Shown here piece by piece: positions 57,242 to 64,000 of a stretch of DNA of 64,000 nt. Source of the DNA: Sphingorhabdus sp. (lineage in GTDB: Bacteria; Pseudomonadota; Alphaproteobacteria; Sphingomonadales; Sphingomonadaceae). Under the pieces are notes generated by a model. The model did not search any database, was not told where the DNA came from, and was given only the letters and a program-made list of their open reading frames with translations. The position numbers and the translations under genes are program-made. Within the stretch, counting starts at the first letter, position 1. Each line of letters begins with the position of its first letter. The stretch lies in the NCBI GenBank assembly GCA_051657985.1, contig JBOFLS010000083.1:1358-65357 (forward strand), in the 5' to 3' direction.

Positions 57242-59749
57242 TCAGAATTTATATTTTGCCCTAACTGTCCATTCCATCGGTCGATTTAAATAGGAGTAAT
57301 TGGCCAATGTCGATTGTACGAAACTTTCGTTGAAGCAATTGGTACAATCGACTGAAAGCGACCATTTGTTATCGGGGCCTTTGAGTGCGAGGCCGGCGTT
57401 CACCAACCAAGCCGCCTCGCTGAAGGATCCGACAATGAACCGACCATTGTTCAGATTTGCGGGAAAAGTGCCATTTGTCCCGGTTACCGAACCGCTGTAG
57501 ATCGTAAGATTGCTGGTACCGGTTTCCTGATCCGATCGATAGGTGGCGTTAACCGACGGAACGATCGCCAAGTCATTGCCGATTTCTGCGCGATAACTTC
57601 CTCCGATGGCCAACGACCATTTAGGTGTACGCACTGGGGTCGAGATATTGCCTTGCGGATTGACAATTCCCTGTCCGCAAGATGCTGTTCCCGGACCTCC
57701 TGCGATATTCCCTGCAGCAAGAGCTGCACGACATTGAGCCTGTAGGCCCGCTGAAGTCGGAATTCCATAAATGTCGATAAGAGGAGCGCCATTTGGGATG
57801 ATATAGCGGTCATCTTGATAACCGACGTTGGCGTATAGATTCAGGCCATCGACTGGTTGAAAGCTCAGTTCCGCTTCGATCCCCTTGTTCCTGTAGTCGG
57901 CAAAATTCTGGGTAATGAATACCGGAGCACCGACCGGGGGAAGGAAAGCCGAAGGCGTTTGTAGATTTTTCACATCCATCCAGAAAAACGTCACATTTGC
58001 CCGAACCCGGCGATCGAAGAGATCGGACTTAATGCCGGCTTCATAAGACCAGACCTTTTCCGGCGCGAAAGGCGTCAGTAAGGTAGCTGAGGTTGCCCGT
58101 GCATTCCACCCGCCCGATTTGAACCCGCGCGTTGCCGAAGCAAAAAGCAGGACGTCTTCGTTGGGTTTGAAGTTGATCGCAAAACGCGGCGTCCATAATT
58201 TTGCGGTTTGCGAGCGAGGAATGGCTCGTCCGCTTGGAGAGACAAGCAAGCTATTGTCAAGACATGTGGCCTCAATGCTGCCATCGTTGCAGGAAGCCCG
58301 ATTATCTGCGATACTGAAAGTCTTCTTTTCATCAGTGTAACGAATACCCGCCGTCAGTTTGATCTGCTCTGTAATGTTGAAATCCGCTTGAGCATAGCCT
58401 GCAAGTGCTGTCGTTTTATTCCGAAGGATGCGATCTCCGAGCAACAATGAAAACCCGCCCGGCACAACCGTAAACGGAGGGAAGGGCAATGCGTTTAGCG
58501 AAAATATATCGGCAAAATCGGTGCGGTTGCGCTCATCCAGATAATAACCACCGGCTACGAAATCCACAAAACCATCGCCAAAACTTCCTGCAATTTTGAT
58601 TTCCTGTGAAAACTGCTCGTGCTGGCCATCGTTTAAGATGGTAAATCCGCCGCGTGTAAATCCGCGAACTACGGGATTTGGTGTGCTTATGCTTGGAGCG
58701 CCTCGACCATCAAAGAAGTCGAGCGCGAATTTTTGGCTCACATTGACATAGCCTGTAATGAGGCTGAGCGTTATGTCGCTTGAAAGGTCTATATCGAGAT
58801 TGGAGGTAATAAGGTCGGTTGCAGAACGGTTCCCTTGCAGATAATTCGCCTTTTCTCCGCGTATTACCAAAGGCGCATAAGTTGACGTTGATACCGTATT
58901 GCCAACCTGAAGGCCTGTTGTTGCAAACCGGCCCTTGCAATCATCGGAATCGGCTGGATTACAATCAAAATTCAGGATGTTTTCGCCATTGGCTTCAAGA
59001 TGCGCATAAGCTGCTTTCCAGCGAGCGCCGCCAAGATCGCCTGACAAGCCAAGCCGAACCCCCCAGCCATCATCGTCGTTCATACGCTGGCCTGTCGTGA
59101 CGTTTTTCACATATCCGTCATCGTTCTGCCAATAGCCACTAATTTTCGCCCCAAAACTGGGAGCCAGCGGGATATCAACCGATGCACGGGCAATCTTGCG
59201 ATCGTAGCGGCCATAACCGATCTCCGCATAGCCGCCGAAATCAGGGCCAGGTTCCCGCATGACCACGCTTACGGCACCGCCGGTTGTATTACGTCCGAAT
59301 AGCGTACCCTGGGGTCCACGCAAAACCTCTATGCGTTCGACATCGAACAGAGAAAGATTGTTCGCATTCTGGCGACTGAGATAGATATCATCTACATAAG
59401 TGCCCACCGGAGGATCAAAGGTCGCGATGGTCTCGGTATTGCCCAATCCTCTCAAAAAATAGGCATTAGCCGAGCCTATTCCGGTATTGTTCTGGGCTGT
59501 CATATTGGGAATAAACTGACCCAGCTGCAAAGCATTCGAAACACCCTGAGCCTCAAGCTGTTCAGACGAAAAAGCCGAAATCGCGATGGGTACATCTTGA
59601 ACATTTTCATTGCGGCGCTGCGCGGTAACGACGATTTCCTCGATCCCGCCCTGTTCGGCAGCATCATCGCCAGCGTCTTGAGCAAAGCTTGGAAAAGCAG
59701 TGATCATTACGGCAACCGCCGTTCCGCTTTTCAACATAGTGCGTAACAT
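57242..59749 (-). CDS. TonB-dependent receptor
   Basis: Signal peptide, TonB box EEIVVTAQRR, plug motif RIEVLRGPQGTLFGRNTTGGA, C-terminal aromatic strand ending YKF. Confidence 0.95.
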   Translation of the reverse strand: MLRTMLKSGTAVAVMITAFPSFAQDAGDDAAEQGGIEEIVVTAQRRNENVQDVPIAISAFSSEQLEAQGVSNALQLGQFIPNMTAQNNTGIGSANAYFLRGLGNTETIATFDPPVGTYVDDIYLSRQNANNLSLFDVERIEVLRGPQGTLFGRNTTGGAVSVVMREPGPDFGGYAEIGYGRYDRKIARASVDIPLAPSFGAKISGYWQNDDGYVKNVTTGQRMNDDDGWGVRLGLSGDLGGARWKAAYAHLEANGENILNFDCNPADSDDCKGRFATTGLQVGNTVSTSTYAPLVIRGEKANYLQGNRSATDLITSNLDIDLSSDITLSLITGYVNVSQKFALDFFDGRGAPSISTPNPVVRGFTRGGFTILNDGQHEQFSQEIKIAGSFGDGFVDFVAGGYYLDERNRTDFADIFSLNALPFPPFTVVPGGFSLLLGDRILRNKTTALAGYAQADFNITEQIKLTAGIRYTDEKKTFSIADNRASCNDGSIEATCLDNSLLVSPSGRAIPRSQTAKLWTPRFAINFKPNEDVLLFASATRGFKSGGWNARATSATLLTPFAPEKVWSYEAGIKSDLFDRRVRANVTFFWMDVKNLQTPSAFLPPVGAPVFITQNFADYRNKGIEAELSFQPVDGLNLYANVGYQDDRYIIPNGAPLIDIYGIPTSAGLQAQCRAALAAGNIAGGPGTASCGQGIVNPQGNISTPVRTPKWSLAIGGSYRAEIGNDLAIVPSVNATYRSDQETGTSNLTIYSGSVTGTNGTFPANLNNGRFIVGSFSEAAWLVNAGLALKGPDNKWSLSVDCTNCFNESFVQSTLANYSYLNRPMEWTVRAKYKF

Positions 59750-59798
59750 TCACATCCTCCTCTGAAAAACTTAATCTTGCTCAACCCCGCAATTTATG

Positions 59799-59816
59799 AT
59801 TTGTCCGGACAACTTT
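59799..59816. promoter_or_regulatory. Palindromic operator, copy 2
   Basis: atTTGTCCGGACAActtt in the divergent region between the receptor and the membrane protein. Its reverse complement is identical over 18 nt to 45398-45415. Confidence 0.8.
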
Positions 59817-59862
59817 GATGGATTCGATGCGTCTGTCAAGCATGTAAAAATACGGGGGTGCC

Positions 59863-60543
59863 ATGGTTCTAGCCGATTATGCCTATCCGACGCTAGTGTA
59901 TGTTCATCTGCTTCTGTTCGTGTTGTGGCTGGGTGCCGACGTCGGAGTGTTCTTGCTCGGCCAGCATTTTCGCAAGCGTCATGTCTATTCTCTCGACCAA
60001 CGTATTGCACTGCTGAAACTGCTTGTGATCGTCGATCTGACGCCGCGTACCGCCTGGGCGCTCATGGTGCCGCTTTCGTTGACCGTCAGTTCTATGGGCG
60101 GCTGGTGGGAGGTTCCCGCTTTGCTGGTCTGGGGATCTTGGGCAGTGGCCGCTTTTTGGCTTTGGCTCGTCTTCGATGCGCATGCGCACGACATGACCCC
60201 ACGGGCCGCACGCGATCGGCGGTGGGAAGGTTGGCTGCGTTATCTGTTGTGCGCTGCCTATTTATGGCTGGGGCTGCAGTCGGTGCTGACCGGTAACCCG
60301 ATCGCCCCTGGATGGCTGGCATGGAAGGCGCTGCTCTTTGGACTGATCTTTGCTGCAGCGATCATGATCGATGTGACGTTCAAGCCCGTAGGTGCGCAGC
60401 TTGGCCGCTTGCTCTCCGAGGGATCATCCGACGAAACCGAAATTCCGCTTTTGCAGACAATGAATCGTACGCGGCTGTGGGTCTGGTGCGTCTACGCACT
60501 ACTGGTTGCCACCTCTTGGCTCGGCGTAGTGAAACCTACATGA
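59863..60543 (+). CDS. Hypothetical integral membrane protein
   Basis: 226 aa, about 5-6 hydrophobic segments, His in the first helix (VHLLLFVLWLG). No family recognised. Confidence 0.75.
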   Translation: MVLADYAYPTLVYVHLLLFVLWLGADVGVFLLGQHFRKRHVYSLDQRIALLKLLVIVDLTPRTAWALMVPLSLTVSSMGGWWEVPALLVWGSWAVAAFWLWLVFDAHAHDMTPRAARDRRWEGWLRYLLCAAYLWLGLQSVLTGNPIAPGWLAWKALLFGLIFAAAIMIDVTFKPVGAQLGRLLSEGSSDETEIPLLQTMNRTRLWVWCVYALLVATSWLGVVKPT

Positions 60544-60560
60544 AACAAAAAAGGCTTGAC

Positions 60561-60582
60561 TAAAGTTGTCCGGACAACTTTA
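60561..60582. promoter_or_regulatory. Palindromic operator, copy 3 (perfect 22-mer) abutting a -35-like hexamer
   Basis: TAAAGTTGTCCGGACAACTTTA, starting at the last base of TTGACT (60556-60561), 18 nt upstream of the CitE-like start. Confidence 0.85.
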
Positions 60583-60600
60583 CAGAAAGTCGTGATCGCA

Positions 60601-61410
60601 ATGCAATCCATACTCTTCGTTCCCGGCAATCGGCCGGAGCGTTTCGCTAAAGCGTTGGCAAGCGGGGCGGATTGCGTATGCATCGATCTGGAAGATGCGG
60701 TTCCCGCTGCCAATAAGGCGAGTGCAAGGGATGCAGCGCTTGCCGCCATTACCGATGATGCGCGTCTGGCGCTTCGGATCAACGCCGTCTCAACCCGTGC
60801 CGGACTAGCCGATATTCTTGCCCTTACCGAGACTGGAAAGCGACCGTCGCTGCTGTTCCTGCCAATGGTCGAAGCCGCTGCCGAGGTCGCAATCGTACGT
60901 TCGCTGCTTGCCGATGCGGACATAGGTTTCGTACCGCTGATTGAAACCGTCGCAGGGCTGCGCAACGCCGATGCGATCGCGGCGGAGCCTAATGTAGCAT
61001 CGATCATGCTGGGTGGGGCGGATTTTTCGGCACAGCTCGGCGTCACGCTAAGTTGGGAACCCTTGTTATTTGCGCGAAGTCAATTGGTGATGGCGGCGGC
61101 CGGCGCGGGGAAATCGGTAATCGATGTGCCGTATATCCATCTCGATGACGAAGCCGGGCTGATCGAAGAGGCGCAGAAAGCAAAGGCGCTTGGTTTTTCG
61201 GCAAAGGCTGCAATTCATCCTGCACAGATTGCACCAATCCATTCGGTTTTCCGTCCGATTGCCAGCGAAATTGCCGAAGCCAAGGAAGCAGAGGATGCTT
61301 TTGCCTCGGCAAATGGTGCCGCGGTGCGTTTCAGAGGCCGGATGCTCGAAGCGCCCGTGATGGCACGCTATCGACAGATACTTTCTTTGAAGGACAGGAT
61401 AGATGCGTGA
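60601..61410 (+). CDS. CitE/HpcH-family acyl-CoA lyase (citryl/citramalyl/malyl-CoA lyase-like)
   Basis: SILFVPG, DLEDAV, LRIN, LIET..GL, G.ADF and AIHPAQI motifs. Start placed at ATG 60601. Confidence 0.9.
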   Translation: MQSILFVPGNRPERFAKALASGADCVCIDLEDAVPAANKASARDAALAAITDDARLALRINAVSTRAGLADILALTETGKRPSLLFLPMVEAAAEVAIVRSLLADADIGFVPLIETVAGLRNADAIAAEPNVASIMLGGADFSAQLGVTLSWEPLLFARSQLVMAAAGAGKSVIDVPYIHLDDEAGLIEEAQKAKALGFSAKAAIHPAQIAPIHSVFRPIASEIAEAKEAEDAFASANGAAVRFRGRMLEAPVMARYRQILSLKDRIDA

Positions 61411-61912
61411 AGCCGTGAAGGAAGTCGCACCAGGGCGTTTCCGTGAAGTACAAGGTCGTTTTTTTGAAGATTTCGAAGTTGGCCATATTTATGAACACCG
61501 CCCTGGACGGACTATCACCGATGCCGACAACGTCTGGTTCACGCTTCTGACGATGAATACCCACCCGGCGCATTTCGACTATGAATTTTCGAAGAAGACC
61601 GAATTTGGCAAGCCTCTTGTCGTCAGCCCGCTGACGATTGCGCTGATGACAGGCATGAGCGTTTCAGACACCAGCGGCAAGGCGATCGCCAATCTTGGTT
61701 GGGACGAAGTACGGATGGTGCATCCACTGTTCGTTGGCGATACACTCTATTGCGAGAGCGAAGTGCTTGAAAAACGCGAAAGCAAGAGCCGACCCGATCA
61801 GGGAATCGTCACCTTCAAGACGATCGGCAAAAATCAGGAAGGGATCATTGTGAGCCATTACAAGCGCACCGTGCTTGTATGGAAGAAGGGTTGCGGCCCG
61901 GTAGATGATTAA
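61403..61912 (+). CDS. MaoC-family (hotdog-fold) acyl-CoA hydratase
   Basis: GRFFEDF.VG, RTITDADN..F..LTMNTHP.HFD and ANLG.DEV...HP.FVGDT motifs. Confidence 0.9.
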   Translation: MREAVKEVAPGRFREVQGRFFEDFEVGHIYEHRPGRTITDADNVWFTLLTMNTHPAHFDYEFSKKTEFGKPLVVSPLTIALMTGMSVSDTSGKAIANLGWDEVRMVHPLFVGDTLYCESEVLEKRESKSRPDQGIVTFKTIGKNQEGIIVSHYKRTVLVWKKGCGPVDD

Positions 61913-61923
61913 GGAGCTCCGAT

Positions 61924-63102
61924 ATGGCAACCGCCCCCAATCTTAGTTCGGCGCCAATGAGCGCCGATGAAGAAACAGCATTGCTCGACGCGATTCAGAA
62001 ATGGATCGACAGGGAGGTCGCGCCCAATGTGCAGAAATATGATCATGACGATATCTGGCCGGAAGAGATCGTCCAGCAGATGACCGAGATGGGCTTGTTC
62101 GGAGCTACTATCGGCCAGCAATATGGTGGGCTGGGTCTTTCTGCGGTAACATATGCGAAGATCGTTGCGCTGATATCGTCCTATTGGATGGCCATTACCG
62201 GCATCTTCAATTCCCACCTAATTATGGCCTGTGCAGTCGAACGTTTTGGAACGCCAGCACAAAAAGCGAAATGGCTGCCCAAATTCGCGAGCGGTGAGAT
62301 TCGCGGCGGTCTGGCGCTTACAGAACCAAATGCAGGCACCGATCTTCAAGCGATCCGCACTGTCGCGGAAAGAGACGGCGACGATTATGTGATCAATGGA
62401 ACCAAGACCTGGATTTCCAATGGGATCAACGGCAGCTGTTTCGCGCTGCTGGCAAAGACCGATTCCAAGGCGGAGCCGCGCTACAAAGGGATGAGCTTTT
62501 TTATCGCGCCCAAACAGGAAGGCTTCACTACGGGAAAGAAATTCAAAAAACTGGGCTATAACTGCATTGATAGCGCCGAATTGATCTTCGACAATTATCG
62601 CATCCCGGCCGAAAATCTGATTGGCGGTGTCGAAGGGCAAGGCTTCTTTCAGGCCACCGGAGGGCTCGAACTTGGGCGTATCAACGTTGCTGCGCGCGGC
62701 GTCGGGCTTTCGGAAGGGGCCTTGCGGATGGCAACCGAATATGCGCAGCTTCGCCAGACGATGGGCAAGCCGATCAGCGAGCACCAAGCAATCCAGCTTT
62801 ATCTCGGTGAAATGGTTACGCGTGCTCGCGCGGCGCGCTTGCTCACTTTCGATGCAGCCGAAGCTTACGACCGCGGCGAACGCTGTGACATGCAGGCGGG
62901 CATGGCAAAATATTTCGCCTCCGAAGCCGCCGTCGAAAATAGCCAGACCGCGATGCGTATATTCGGCGGTTACAGCTATTCGAAGGAATATGACATCGAA
63001 CGGTTGTACCGGGATTCGATGCTGATGTGCATCGGCGAGGGGACCAACGAGATGCAGCGCATGATTATTTCCAAACAATGGATTGCCAGGAACAAGATTT
63101 GA
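61924..63102 (+). CDS. Acyl-CoA dehydrogenase
   Basis: LALTEPNAGTD, INGTKTWISNG, GRINVAA, MAKYFASE, FGGYSY and IGEGTNE motifs. Confidence 0.93.
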   Translation: MATAPNLSSAPMSADEETALLDAIQKWIDREVAPNVQKYDHDDIWPEEIVQQMTEMGLFGATIGQQYGGLGLSAVTYAKIVALISSYWMAITGIFNSHLIMACAVERFGTPAQKAKWLPKFASGEIRGGLALTEPNAGTDLQAIRTVAERDGDDYVINGTKTWISNGINGSCFALLAKTDSKAEPRYKGMSFFIAPKQEGFTTGKKFKKLGYNCIDSAELIFDNYRIPAENLIGGVEGQGFFQATGGLELGRINVAARGVGLSEGALRMATEYAQLRQTMGKPISEHQAIQLYLGEMVTRARAARLLTFDAAEAYDRGERCDMQAGMAKYFASEAAVENSQTAMRIFGGYSYSKEYDIERLYRDSMLMCIGEGTNEMQRMIISKQWIARNKI

Positions 63103-64000
63103 GCGTTCGCCTCCCCTTAAAAGGCTTTCGCATCATCAGCGCGGAACAATATGGTGCCGGTCCTTACGGCACGCTCTTTCTGGCGCAGATGGGGGCGGAG
63201 GTTATCAAGATCGAGCCGCCAAAAGGCGGGGATACCGCGCGCAGCGTTGGTCCGCATTTCTTACGTGAGGGCGAAAGCCTGTATTTCCAGACCTTTAATC
63301 TAAATAAGCGTTCGTTGACTTTGGACTTGATGACAGAGCAAGGCCAAGAGGTGCTGCACCGACTGGTGAAAGACGCGCATGTCGTCGCCAACAATCTGCG
63401 TGGTGACGTTCCTGCAAAAGCGGGGCTGACCTACGAACAGCTGAAGATTGTCAATCCAGCTATAGTCTGTGCTCATGCCTCTGCCTATGGTCGCGATAAC
63501 GACCGCGCGAAATGGCCGGGGTATGACTATCTGATGCAGGCCGAGGCTGGGTTCTGCGCATTGACTGGCGAACCGGATGGTCCTCCCGCGCGCATGGGGC
63601 TGTCGATGGTCGATTTTGCCACCGGTACGCAAATGGCGGTTGGCTTGCTTGCAGCTTTGCTCGATGCACAACGGACGGGCGTCGGCTGCGATATCGACGT
63701 CGATCTGTTGTCGAGCGCGCTGCATCAAATGACCTATCCCGCGATCTGGTATATGAACGAGGGCGACGTGACCCAGCGGGTAGAACGATCGGCGCATCCC
63801 TCGGCTACCCCCAGCCAGATGTTCCGCGCCGCCGATGGGTGGATGTTCGTGATGGCACAGATCCCGAAATTCTGGCCAATTCTCTGCGAACGGATTGGTT
63901 ATCGCGAATTGATCGACGACGCGCGCTTCGCGAATTCCAAGGCGCGATTGGCGAACCGATCCGTTTTGACCGAAATTCTAGATGCGATCTTTGTATCCCA
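63099..64000 (+). CDS. Second class III (CaiB/BaiF) CoA-transferase, runs off the window end
   Basis: Absent from the ORF track. Manual translation from TTG 63099 (overlapping the upstream TGA) gives MSVRLPLKGFRIISAEQYGAGPYGT..LAQMGAEVIKIEP...NLNKRSLTLDL and later GYDYLMQAEAG. Confidence 0.88.
   Translation, partial: MSVRLPLKGFRIISAEQYGAGPYGTLFLAQMGAEVIKIEPPKGGDTARSVGPHFLREGESLYFQTFNLNKRSLTLDLMTEQGQEVLHRLVKDAHVVANNLRGDVPAKAGLTYEQLKIVNPAIVCAHASAYGRDNDRAKWPGYDYLMQAEAGFCALTGEPDGPPARMGLSMVDFATGTQMAVGLLAALLDAQRTGVGCDIDVDLLSSALHQMTYPAIWYMNEGDVTQRVERSAHPSATPSQMFRAADGWMFVMAQIPKFWPILCERIGYRELIDDARFANSKARLANRSVLTEILDAIFVS

Noticed and set aside
39400-64000. Calling the island a mobile element
   Set aside because: No integrase, transposase, tRNA target, att-like repeat or transfer gene is visible in the window.

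Overview
This is a GC-rich alphaproteobacterial chromosomal segment. Gene content and repeat style point to Sphingomonadales, which is an inference. 1-13.9 kb holds the distal dcw cluster (murD end, ftsW, murG, murC, murB, ddl, ftsQ, ftsA, ftsZ), a TPR/SPOR protein, dgt and an NAD(P)-binding protein. 13.9-19.7 kb holds a tandem glycine riboswitch with gcvT-H-PA-PB. 19.8-25.2 kb has a TonB_C-like protein, an acyl-CoA ligase and an orphan AceE-type E1. 25.6-33.8 kb has cysD-cysNC-cysQ beside ugd/wecC/wecB and a wza-like gene. 33.9-39.4 kb is pstSCAB-phoU-phoB with a Pho box but no phoR. From 39.5 kb to the end lies a catabolic island of at least 24.5 kb in four or five transcription units: two class III CoA-transferases, HMG-CoA-lyase-like and CitE-like lyases, LeuCD-like hydratase, isochorismatase-family amidase, two PuuE-like deacetylase-fold hydrolases, ALDH, VOC, MDR, methyltransferase, a nitrilase-fold and an alpha/beta-fold protein with non-canonical catalytic residues, an FAD oxidoreductase, MFS, TonB-dependent receptor, MaoC, acyl-CoA dehydrogenase and several hypotheticals. 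A shared palindrome, AAAGTTGTCCGGACAA, occurs in its three promoter regions. The enzyme set suggests an uncharacterised route from a cyclic imide or N-heterocycle via substituted maleamate and maleate to alkylmalyl-CoA cleavage. A second theme is REP-like palindromic elements sitting at gene junctions or inside essential genes while keeping reading frames open. No tRNA, rRNA, CRISPR array, integrase or transposase was seen. All family assignments come from motif recognition by eye; no database search was run.
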